Of a DNA stretch of 64,000 bases, positions 49,548 to 59,700 are shown piece after piece. This DNA comes from an uncultured cyanobacterium (lineage in GTDB: Bacteria; Cyanobacteriota; Cyanobacteriia; Cyanobacteriales; CAWCAG01), in NCBI GenBank assembly GCA_963793425.1, contig CAWCAG010000005.1, forward strand, positions 992,001-1,056,000, in the 5' to 3' direction. Position 1 is the stretch's first letter. Every line of letters begins with the position of its first letter. The position numbers were made by a program, and so were the translations under genes. The notes beneath the pieces were generated by a model that searched no databases, was not told where the DNA came from, and saw nothing but the letters and a program-made list of their open reading frames with translations.

Positions 49548-51221
49548 CTAATCTGTGACAGCCCCCACACTGCTAGAAGAGACTAATTTTGCATATTTAG
49601 CCAAAACCCCAGTTTTGTATTTAGGTTGGGGGGGTTGCCATTCAGCACGGCGACGAGCAAGTTCTTCTTCTGGAATATTGAGTTGTAGTGACCGAGAAGG
49701 GGCATCAATAGTAATTTCTTCCCCTTCCCTAACTAAAGCGATATTACCACCCACAGCCGCTTCTGGGGCAACATGACCGACAACTAGCCCATAAGTCCCT
49801 CCAGAAAATCTACCATCGGTAATTAAACCCACAGAATCTCCTAAGCCAGCACCAATAATTGCTGAGGTGGGGGCTAGCATTTCTCGCATTCCCGGCCCAC
49901 CTTTAGGCCCTTCGTAACGCACCACAATAATATCCCCCGGTTGGATTTTTCCTGCCAAGATCGCTGCTAAACACTCTTCTTCCGATTCAAAAACCCTCGC
50001 TGGTCCAGAAATTTGGGGTTTCTTGACACCACTGATTTTAGCGACAGCCCCTTCCGTAGCTAAATTACCTTTCAAAATTGCTAAATGTCCTTGGCTATAA
50101 AGGGGGTTGTCCCACTGACGAATGACATCTTGATCTTGAGAAGGATGATCCGGTACATCAGCTAAAACTTCAGCAATAGTTTCTCCTGTGATAGTTAAAG
50201 CATCTGGGTGTAATAAATCGTGGACTAACAGCATTTTCATCACTTGGGGAATGCCCCCTGAAGTGTGTAAGTTAGTGGTGACATACTGACCGGAAGGTTT
50301 GAGATCACAAAGGACTGGGACACGGGCCCGAATAGCTTCAAAATCATCAAGGGAAAGTTCGACACCAATACTATGGGCGATCGCTAGTAAATGAAGTACA
50401 GCGTTGGTGGAACCTCCGACTGCCATAATTACTGAGATGGCGTTTTCAAAGCTTTTACGAGTCATGATTTGACTTGGTAAGATTTGCTTACGAATAGCTT
50501 CTACTAACACCAAAGCTGATTTTTCTGCACTTTCAGCCTTTTCAGCATCTTCGGCCGCCATAGTAGAAGAGTAAGGCAAGCTCAAACCCATAGCTTCTAG
50601 GGCTGAGGACATGGTATTGGCTGTAAACATCCCACCACAGGAGCCTGCACCAGGACAAGCGTGGCGTTCAATCTCTGTTAGCTCATTTTCATCAATTTTC
50701 CCGGCACTATACTGTCCTACGGCTTCAAAAGCGCTGACAACGGTTAGATCCTGGCCGTTATAATGCCCTGGTTTAATTGTGCCGCCATAAACGAAAATAG
50801 CAGGAATGTTCATACGGGCGATCGCAATAGTAGCCCCAGGCATATTTTTATCACAGCCCCCAATAGCCAAAACTCCATCCATACTTTGACCTTGACACAC
50901 AGTTTCAATGGAGTCAGCAATCACCTCACGGGAGACTAGGGAATATTTCATGCCCTCAGTTCCCATAGAAATACCATCACTGATCGTAATAGTGCCAAAC
51001 ATCAAAGGCATAGCATCGACCTTTTTTAGCCCTGCCTCTGCCCTAAGAGCTAAATCATTTAAACCAATGTTACAAGGGGTTAAGGTGCTATAACCATTAG
51101 CAACTCCCACAATGGGCTTAATAAAATCTTTGTCCCCAAAGCCCACAGCCCTCAGCATGGCACGGTTAGGAGCGCGTTGAACCCCTTTAGTTATAACTTG
51201 GCTTCTGATATTTTCTGGCAT
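49548..51221 (-). CDS. ilvD: Dihydroxy-acid dehydratase
   Basis: [37 protein letters not shown]. Confidence 0.97.
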   Translation of the reverse strand: MPENIRSQVITKGVQRAPNRAMLRAVGFGDKDFIKPIVGVANGYSTLTPCNIGLNDLALRAEAGLKKVDAMPLMFGTITISDGISMGTEGMKYSLVSREVIADSIETVCQGQSMDGVLAIGGCDKNMPGATIAIARMNIPAIFVYGGTIKPGHYNGQDLTVVSAFEAVGQYSAGKIDENELTEIERHACPGAGSCGGMFTANTMSSALEAMGLSLPYSSTMAAEDAEKAESAEKSALVLVEAIRKQILPSQIMTRKSFENAISVIMAVGGSTNAVLHLLAIAHSIGVELSLDDFEAIRARVPVLCDLKPSGQYVTTNLHTSGGIPQVMKMLLVHDLLHPDALTITGETIAEVLADVPDHPSQDQDVIRQWDNPLYSQGHLAILKGNLATEGAVAKISGVKKPQISGPARVFESEEECLAAILAGKIQPGDIIVVRYEGPKGGPGMREMLAPTSAIIGAGLGDSVGLITDGRFSGGTYGLVVGHVAPEAAVGGNIALVREGEEITIDAPSRSLQLNIPEEELARRRAEWQPPQPKYKTGVLAKYAKLVSSSSVGAVTD

Positions 51222-51482
51222 TAATTTTGTCCTCTTTCTTAAGATCACTACCGCTATTTCTTTATTGTCTCAAGCAGACAGTAAGTTACCATAGTTGATT
51301 CCTTGGCGAAATTTTTCTTCACAAAAGGGCAATTACCTAGAAAAACGCCTAAAACTTAGCAAGTTAATTTTTCAACCTCTTGCTCAAAGGCCATTTTTAG
51401 ATTAGACATAATGTACTTTCAACCTATTTTCTATGCAGATTATTATGTTGCACCAGATAAGTAGAATCAAGGATAAAATAGT

Positions 51483-52319
51483 ATGGATGCTGAGGAACTC
51501 CTAAATCGCTATGCTGCCGGAGAGCGAGATTTCCAGAAAGCTGATCTCGAAGGAGCCTTCCTCGGTGGAGCAGATTTGAGTGGCGCTAATTTAAAGGAGA
51601 GTAATTTAAGTCGGGCTAATTTGATCGGTGCTTCTTTAGTAGGAACTAATTTTAGAGAAGCTAATCTCAGTAGTGCAAGCTTGCAAGCGAATTTGACTGA
51701 AGCTAATTTAATTAGCACCAACTTGCAGGATGCCAATCTTACTGCAGCGAAATTAGTGGATGCTAGCTTAAGGGCTTCCAATCTTAGGGGAGCAAATCTA
51801 ACTTCAGCAGATTTGAGTAATGCTGTTTTAAATGAAGTTGTTCTAATCGATGCCACCCTGAAAAGAGTGAAGCTGACAGGAGCTTCTGTGGCTAGAGCCA
51901 AGTTGATGAATGCCAATTTAGCCGAGGCTAATTTACAGGGAGTCAACTTAACTAACTCCTTTTTAATGGGAGCCAATTTACAAGGGGCTAATTTAGAAGA
52001 TGGTATTTTTCATAGTATTAATGCTTCTGGGATAGATGCAACGGGGGCTAACCTGAGTCGAGCGCAAATGAGCTGCGCTAATTTAGCTAAAGCTATTTTC
52101 CGTGAAGCTACCCTCAGAGAAGTTAGTCTCAGTTGGGCTTCTTTACCAAGGGTAGATTTGACAGGAGCAAAACTGACTAGGGCCAAACTCTGTTGGGCTA
52201 ATTGTCAAGGAGCTATTCTCACTAGAGCAGTACTCATAGATGCCAACTTAAATGAGACTAACTTTACTGGTGCTGTTTTGACTGGGGCAATTATGCCTGA
52301 TGGTATGACGCATCAGTAG
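51483..52319 (+). CDS. Pentapeptide repeat protein
   Basis: YAAGERDF N-cap, A(D/N)Lxx repeats, MPDG end. Confidence 0.95.
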   Translation: MDAEELLNRYAAGERDFQKADLEGAFLGGADLSGANLKESNLSRANLIGASLVGTNFREANLSSASLQANLTEANLISTNLQDANLTAAKLVDASLRASNLRGANLTSADLSNAVLNEVVLIDATLKRVKLTGASVARAKLMNANLAEANLQGVNLTNSFLMGANLQGANLEDGIFHSINASGIDATGANLSRAQMSCANLAKAIFREATLREVSLSWASLPRVDLTGAKLTRAKLCWANCQGAILTRAVLIDANLNETNFTGAVLTGAIMPDGMTHQ

Positions 52320-52322
52320 AAG

Positions 52323-52407
52323 GGGAGTTGGGGAGCTAGGGAGTTGGGGAGCTAGGGAGTTGGGGAGCTAGGGAGTTGGGGAGCTAGGGAGTTGGGGAGC
52401 TGGGGAG
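52323..52407. repeat. 16-bp tandem repeat (GGGAGTTGGGGAGCTA) about x5
   Basis: Fills the gap between convergent genes. Confidence 0.92.
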
Positions 52408-52412
52408 GTTGA

Positions 52413-53513
52413 TTAACCTAGTCCTTTGACTACTGGGTGGAAGAAAAAGGCTAGGGCAACTACGGTGTAGGTTGCCAGTAGTAGGCTGCCTTCTAACCAA
52501 TTAGATTCACCGTCAGAACTAATGGAATTAGCAATTAGTACTGATACAGCTACAGCGACTAATTCAAAGGGATTAAAATCGAGATCCATTGGTTGTCCGA
52601 TAAACCAACCAGCAATTACGAGTACCGGGGCTACAAACAGGGCAATTTGCATACTAGAGCCTACGGCTACAGAAACAGATAGATCCATTTTGTTCTTGAT
52701 AGCGACGGTAACAGCAGTGGCGTGTTCTGCGGCATTACCAATAATGGGTAACACAATTACTCCGGTAAATAGCGAGCTTAACCCTAATGTTGAGGTTGCT
52801 TCTTCTAAGGATTCTACTAATAATTCAGACTCGGCGGCGACCAAAAGAGTTACTCCTAAAAGTACCCCGATCCACAATCCAATATTAACTTCATGTTCTT
52901 CTTGCCCCTCTTCTTCTTCTAAATCTGCTACACCAACATCGTAGAGGTAGGAATGGGTTTTCATAGAAAATAATAGGGTTAAGCCATAGACTACAATTAA
53001 TACTACTGCTACTGCTATAGACAGATTTTGTAGGGTGACTTCCCCAATCCCGGTGGAGGTGTACTGCACTGCGGTAGGTAAAAGGAGGGCAATAACAGCT
53101 AGGTTCATAGTTGAAGCATTCAACCGCGCTGTGGTAGGTTCAAACTTCTGCTCTTTGTAACGTAAACCCCCTAAAAGCATAGAAAAACCCATCACTAATA
53201 ATAGGTTACTGATGATTGATCCGGTGATGGTCGCTTTGACTACCTCAATTAGTCCTGCATTGAGGGCAATAAAAGCCAAAATCAGTTCTGTGGCATTACC
53301 AAAGGTGGCATTTAGCAATCCTCCTAAATTGGGACCGACAACTACAGCAATTTCTTCTGTGGCTGTCCCCATAAAAGCCGCTAGGGGAATGATGGCAATA
53401 CCTGCGGTAATAAAAACAACGGCTGCCCCCCAATCTTGAAAGTGAGCAGCAATAGAGATAGGAATAAAAACTAATAAAAGGAAAAAAATTGTATTTTTGT
53501 TGAACATTGGCAC
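52413..53513 (-). CDS. cax: Ca2+/H+ antiporter
   Basis: NATFGNATE, GSIISN, GNAAEH, GSSMQIA. Confidence 0.94.
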   Translation of the reverse strand: MPMFNKNTIFFLLLVFIPISIAAHFQDWGAAVVFITAGIAIIPLAAFMGTATEEIAVVVGPNLGGLLNATFGNATELILAFIALNAGLIEVVKATITGSIISNLLLVMGFSMLLGGLRYKEQKFEPTTARLNASTMNLAVIALLLPTAVQYTSTGIGEVTLQNLSIAVAVVLIVVYGLTLLFSMKTHSYLYDVGVADLEEEEGQEEHEVNIGLWIGVLLGVTLLVAAESELLVESLEEATSTLGLSSLFTGVIVLPIIGNAAEHATAVTVAIKNKMDLSVSVAVGSSMQIALFVAPVLVIAGWFIGQPMDLDFNPFELVAVAVSVLIANSISSDGESNWLEGSLLLATYTVVALAFFFHPVVKGLG

Positions 53514-53849
53514 AACTAAATTGAGTCACCCTATTTTAGATTGTTCTTTGTAATCTTTAATAAAACTAGAATAAAAGCAAAAAGATTATTAAATTAACAT
53601 AAGGTAATCTGCCATTCAGTTGAAATTGAGTTTTAATGAAAAAACTGTGTATTTTGCTAAAGTTTTTTTGATCTCAAAGAATTTTCCTGTACGTCCTGTG
53701 CTTAAAAGTTAATTCCAGCACATTCCCTCTTCGCGACATCTTAAAGCGGCCTTGTCGCTCCCAGAATTTATTTTACGTTTCTTAAATAGTTTCAGCCCTG
53801 GGAGTGGCTGCGTATTTAGATGAGCGATTTATCCTAATTTGGTAAATTC

Positions 53850-56420
53850 ATGACTTCTTTTGCTGTTAGAAGCAATTCAGAGCAACCTTGCGAGCCTAAC
53901 CAAGCCGTTAGCGATCCCCAAAAAACTGCCACTGGGGTTTATGTCGCAGTTCACGGACATTTTTATCAACCTCCCCGCGAAAATCCTTATCTAAATACCA
54001 TTGAAAGGCAAGCCAGCGCCCATCCTTGCCATGACTGGAATGAACGCATCTATCATGAATGCTATCGTCCCAATGCTTTTGCCAGGGTTTTAAATAGCCA
54101 GGGAGAAGTTATTGAGATCGTTAACAACTTTGAGTATTTAAGCTTCAATGTTGGCCCGACTTTGATGTCGTGGTTGGAACGTTATGACCTAGAGGTTTAT
54201 CAACGTATCTTGGATGCAGACAGGAAAAGTTGTGAGCGTTTAGGTTATGGGAATGCGATCGCTCAAGCATATAATCACATTATTCTTCCTTTGGCTAATG
54301 AAAGGGATAAATATACCCAAATTCGCTGGGGCAAAGAGGATTTTCGCGCTCGTTTCCAGCGTGATCCCCAAGGTATGTGGTTAGCAGAAACCGCTGTTGA
54401 TTATCCCAGCTTGGAAGTACTTATTGATGAGGGGATTGAGTTTATTGTTTTGGCCCCTACCCAGGCTGAACGCTGTCGAGTGATTCCCACCCCAGAACAA
54501 CCTGAAACAGAATGGCATGAAGTAGGAGGAGGACAAATTGATCCCACTCGCCCTTACCGCTGCTTTATTGAAGATGGTAGACACATTGATCTTTTCTTCT
54601 ACGATGGCCCCATTTCAGGAGATATGGGTTTTAGTGAAGTTCTGAGTAGTTCCCAGCATTTGGCCGGCAGGTTAGGACAAGCAGTGCGTGGGGATCATCG
54701 CTCCTCGCAGTTAATTAGTGTAGCGACCGATGGTGAAACTTTTGGTCATCATAAAGGAGGTACAGAAAAATGTCTGGCTTACGCCTTTACCCAAGAATTT
54801 CCTAACCGAGATTGGCAGGTAACTAATTTTGCCCATTACCTCAATATTGCTCCTCCTACTTGGGAGGTGGAACTTAAGCCTGTGACTGCCTGGAGTTGCT
54901 CCCACGGCGTTGAACGTTGGCAAAATGACTGCGGTTGTGGTGGCGGTGGTGTTTGGCATCAGCAGTGGCGTAGACCCCTCAGAGAAGCCCTTAATTGGTT
55001 ACGGGATCGCTTGGTTAAGATTTATGGTGATGCGGGACGGGAAATTTTCCTTGCTCCCTGGCAAGCAAGGGATGAATATATTCAAGTTATTTTGGATCGT
55101 TCCCCAGATAAAGTTAATCATTTCTTTACTCGCCATCAACTTCGCCAACTTACTGCCACAGAACAAATAGATGCTCTGCGGTTGTTGGAGATGCAGCGCC
55201 ATTCTTTGTTGATGTTTACTAGTTGTGGTTGGTTTTTTGAAGAGATATCCCGACCAGAAGGGGTGCAAATTCTGCGCTATGCCTCCCGCGCTATAGAGCT
55301 AGCAGGAGATGTGACGGGGGTACAGTTAGAGAAGCCATTCCTCTCTCGTTTAGCCGAAGCACCGAGTAATGTCGAAGGGTTTGGTAATGGTGCTGAGGTT
55401 TACCGCCAGTTAGTCGTGTCAGCCCAAGTAGGATTTGAGCAGGTTGCAGCCCATTATGCTATTAGTTCCCTATTCACTGACTATCCTCAGCAACACAGAA
55501 TTTACTGTTACGATGCCCAGCAATTCGATTATCAGCGTCAGCAAATTGGCTCTCTTACTTTAGCTTTGGGACAAATACGCCTAACTTCTCAAATTACCTG
55601 GGAAAGCGTTCATTTAGTTTTTGCTGTCCTTCATTTAGGGGGCTGGGATTTCCATTGCTGCATTCAACCTTTTGGTGGTAGAAGAAGCTACAGTAACTTA
55701 AAAGAGGGACTATGGGAAACCTTGGAGCAAGGAAGTGCTGCTAAAACAATTTTGACTTTAAACCAGGCTTTTGGAGAAAAATGTTTTGGCTTAGATGAGT
55801 TGTTTGCTGAAGAAAGACAGCGAATTATGCAAAAGCTAACGGAGGATACGAAAAATCGTCTCGATCAGCTTTATACCCAAGTTTATCGCAATAACTATGG
55901 TATATTGATGGCCTTTCAAAGAGATGATTTACCTGTTCCCCAAGAGTTGCAAGTGGCAGCAGAAATTGCTCTTTCTCACCGTTGTTTACTAGAAGTGAGA
56001 AACTTAGAGCAGGCTGTCGATGAGCCTCAACAGTGGCAGAAACATTTAGCTAAGTTGGAGGTGATTGCCACAGAAGCTAAGCGCCTACGTTGTAAATTAC
56101 AGATTCCTGAAGGGAAAAAGACTTTGGAGCGGTTAATTCTTCGCTTACTTCGGCAGCTTTTGTATGACCGCCAGCCCACTAGCTTAAAAAATGATGTCCA
56201 AATACTAGAACTTAGTATTGATGTAGGCAAGAAGCTTGATCTTGGTTTGGATCTTAGTCGTGTTCAAGAGCTATATTTTCATTGTTTGCATGAAGAAATT
56301 GTTCCTAGCTGCTTAGAAGCAGATGACCAAGTTACCTGTCGTTGGCATCCTCGCCAACTGCCTTGGGTGTTCAATTTAGGGCAAAGGTTAGAAGTGGATA
56401 TGAGCGCTTGGTTGAAGTAA
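53850..56420 (+). CDS. GH57 glycoside hydrolase with DUF3536
   Basis: HGHFYQPPRENP, WLAETA, ATDGETFGHH, MFTSCGWFF. Confidence 0.9.
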   Translation: MTSFAVRSNSEQPCEPNQAVSDPQKTATGVYVAVHGHFYQPPRENPYLNTIERQASAHPCHDWNERIYHECYRPNAFARVLNSQGEVIEIVNNFEYLSFNVGPTLMSWLERYDLEVYQRILDADRKSCERLGYGNAIAQAYNHIILPLANERDKYTQIRWGKEDFRARFQRDPQGMWLAETAVDYPSLEVLIDEGIEFIVLAPTQAERCRVIPTPEQPETEWHEVGGGQIDPTRPYRCFIEDGRHIDLFFYDGPISGDMGFSEVLSSSQHLAGRLGQAVRGDHRSSQLISVATDGETFGHHKGGTEKCLAYAFTQEFPNRDWQVTNFAHYLNIAPPTWEVELKPVTAWSCSHGVERWQNDCGCGGGGVWHQQWRRPLREALNWLRDRLVKIYGDAGREIFLAPWQARDEYIQVILDRSPDKVNHFFTRHQLRQLTATEQIDALRLLEMQRHSLLMFTSCGWFFEEISRPEGVQILRYASRAIELAGDVTGVQLEKPFLSRLAEAPSNVEGFGNGAEVYRQLVVSAQVGFEQVAAHYAISSLFTDYPQQHRIYCYDAQQFDYQRQQIGSLTLALGQIRLTSQITWESVHLVFAVLHLGGWDFHCCIQPFGGRRSYSNLKEGLWETLEQGSAAKTILTLNQAFGEKCFGLDELFAEERQRIMQKLTEDTKNRLDQLYTQVYRNNYGILMAFQRDDLPVPQELQVAAEIALSHRCLLEVRNLEQAVDEPQQWQKHLAKLEVIATEAKRLRCKLQIPEGKKTLERLILRLLRQLLYDRQPTSLKNDVQILELSIDVGKKLDLGLDLSRVQELYFHCLHEEIVPSCLEADDQVTCRWHPRQLPWVFNLGQRLEVDMSAWLK

Positions 56421-56459
56421 ATTAGGTTCACCTCCCTATCATAATTAATTTCCAGTTGG

Positions 56460-56493
56460 AAGCTGTCTTGAAAATCGATTTTCAGGACAGCTT
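56460..56493. terminator. Strong hairpin after the GH57 gene
   Basis: AAGCTGTCTTGAAAATCGATTTTCAGGACAGCTT, near-perfect palindrome. Confidence 0.65.
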
Positions 56494-56772
56494 ATTCGTT
56501 TCTTACTTTAAAACTAGTCTTTGGGGGGTAAAGCTATACTAATAGACCAACTTAGAGTTAAAAATGCAGGCTGAAAACTTGATAAATTTCTCTAGACAAG
56601 AGTAATCTTGCTCTTGGAAATTCTTCACTCATTTGCGTTATGATGCTAATTTTAGCAGCTAGATAATAGTTTAACTTCATAGTCATTCCACTTCAAGCTT
56701 TGCCGTCTACACCGCTTCACAATTCCATTTTTCCCGTCAGATTAACTGAGCAAAATGTAGATATATAAACAA

Positions 56773-59700
56773 ATGATTACTATTCCAGGATATAACATAA
56801 CTGAAGAAATATATTCATCTGAAAGGTCTTTTGTTTATCGTGGGCAACGTGATGAAGATGGACAGAAAGTAATTCTTAAAGTACTCAACAAAAGCAATCC
56901 TAGTATTGAAGAGATTGCTAGGTATAAGCAAGAATATAAGATTAGTAGTTCTTTTAATTCAGCAGCAATAATTAAAGCTCTGAGCTTAGAGAGTAGCGAC
57001 CAACATCTTATTATTGTATTTGAAGATTTTGGTGGTATTTCTTTAAAAAAATATTTAGAGCAACACAGGGTTGGACTAGAAGAGTTTTTTGAGCTAGGGA
57101 TTGCGATCGCCAATGCTTTAAGTTTAGTTCATAGCGCCCATATTATTCATAAAGATATTAATTTAGCCAATATAGTTTTTAATTCTCAAACTGGTGAAGT
57201 TAAGTTGATAGATTTTGGCATTTCTACTATTCTCTTCAAAGAAAATACTTTAGTTAAAAATGCTCAAATTCTTGAGGGTACATTACCCTATATGTCCCCA
57301 GAGCAAACTGGTCGTATGAATCGTTCTTTAGATTATAGAACTGATTTCTATTCTTTGGGGATTACCTTTTATAAGTTACTGACTAATCAGCTACCTTTTG
57401 AGAGTCAAGACCCTCTAGAATTAGTTCATGCTCATATTGCTAAAAAACCTTTAACTCCTCATCAAGTTAATAATAAAGTTCCCCAAGTAGTTTCTCAAAT
57501 TGTCATGAAACTTCTGGAAAAAAATGCTGAAGATCGCTATCAGAGTGCTACGGGAATTAAAGCAGATTTAGAACGATGTTTGCAGCAATTCAAATCCAGA
57601 GGCAATGTAGAAGATTTTAAGTTAGCAAGCCAAGATGTTGTTGACAAATTTCAAATTCCTCAAAAACTTTATGGTCGAGAACAAGAAGTCGGGACTTTAT
57701 TAGCTGTATTTGACCGAGTTTCCGGGAAAATAGGAGATGAAATCAGTGCTTTTCCTTCTTCAGAGATGGTTTTGGTTTCAGGATTTTCTGGGGTGGGTAA
57801 ATCAGTTTTAGTTCAAGAAATATATAAACCAATTACTCGTCAACGGGGTTATTTTCTGAGAGGTAAGTTCAAAAAATTCAAGAGTAATGTTCCCTATTCA
57901 GCAATAATCCAGGCTTTTCGAGGTTTAATTGAACAGATATTAACGGAAAGTGAAAAAAGTTTAAGTAGATGGCGCAATAAGCTACACAATGTTTTAGGAA
58001 GTAGTAGTACCGCCATTGCTAAATTTATTCCTGAAATAAACTTAATTTTGGGACAAAATCAGCCTGAGATTGACTTAAGCACTGAAGTCACAAAACAACG
58101 CTTCGACATCACTTTTCAAAAATTTATCAGAGTTTTTATTTCTCCTAGACATCCTTTAGTTTTATTCTTAGACAATTTACAGTGGGCAGATATAGCTTCA
58201 CTAAAACTTCTTAAGTCACTTATTACCAAGGAAAATGAAGGAGGTTTTTTACTGATTGGGGCTTACCGTGATAACGAAACTTACTTGAGTCATCCTTTAA
58301 TTGCAACTGTAGAAGAAATTGTTCAAGATGGAGCTAAAACCAATCATATTTCCTTAGCACCTTTAGCTTTAAATGATGTCCAACATCTAGTAGCGGACAC
58401 TCTACGATGTGACTTGTTTGTAGCAGAACCTCTAGCTCAATTAATTTACCAAAAGACTGGTGGAAACCCTTTTTTCTTAAACGAATTTTTGCAATCTCTC
58501 TACAGTAAAAATCTGATCTACTTTGACTATGAACAAAGTAAATGGTGCTGGGATTTAAAAGAAATTCAAAGATGTGATTTTACAGATAATGTTGTTGAAT
58601 TGATGGCAGATAGAATTCAAAATCTGCCTAGTGAAACTCAGTATCTGTTGAAGCTAGCTGCTTGCATTGGTAATCAATTTGATGTAGAAACTTTAGTTAC
58701 AGTATCAGGGCAATCTATCAAGAAAGTAGTTTCTTTGCTTCACACAGCCTCAGTAGAAAACTTAATTGTCCCCTTAGATAATCACTATAAATCTATTGAA
58801 CTGGATATTATTGAAGAATTAAAACAAAAAGTTTATTATAGATTTGTTCATGATAGAATTCAACAAGCTGCCTATTCTCTAATTTCCAAATCAGAAAAGC
58901 AGGAATTGCACCAGCAAATTGGGCAACTATTATTACAAAATAAATCCTGGCAGCAACAAGAAGGCAAGATTTTTGATATTGTTAATCAGCTCAATTTTAG
59001 CGTTGCTATTATTGAAAATAGTAAGCAAAAAAACGAGCTGGCTAAACTTAATTTGTTAGCTGGACGTAAAGCTAAAGCTTCTGCTAATTATAAATTTGCT
59101 CTTGATTATCTTCAAGTTGGTATTGATCTTCTAAGTCAAGACAGTTGGCAACAAGAATATAACCTGAGCTTAGCGCTTTATGAAACAGCAGCGGAGGTTG
59201 CTTATCTTAATGGTGATTTTGAAGAAAGATTGCGATTAGGAAAAATAGTTATTCAAGAAGCCAAAAATGTACTTGATAAGATTAAAATTTATGAAAGCGA
59301 CATTCAAGCTTATATAGCTCAGAACAGACCTTTAGAAGCTTTACATATTGCTATATCTATCCTTGAACAGTTAGGTATTCATTTTCCTGAACACCCTACC
59401 AAAGAAGATATTGAGAGAGGGCAAAGGGAAGTTCAAATAGCATTAGGGACAAAAGCTATTGAAGAATTAGTTGATTTACCCCTAATGGAAGCTAATGATA
59501 AGTTAGCAGCTATGGGCATTGTTTCTAGTGCTATAACGGCTAGCTATTCTGCTTTCCCTGCCATGATGCCTTTGTTCATTTTTGAGCAAGTTAAGCTTTC
59601 TTTAGAGTATGGTAATACTTCGCTTTCTGTCCCTGCTTATGCCTATTATGGCAGCATACTTTGTGGCATATTCCAAGACGTAGATAATGGTTACCGCTTT

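Noticed and set aside
51509..51976. 155 aa antisense ORF, and the other antisense or shadow ORFs in the track
   Set aside because: Shadows of well-supported genes
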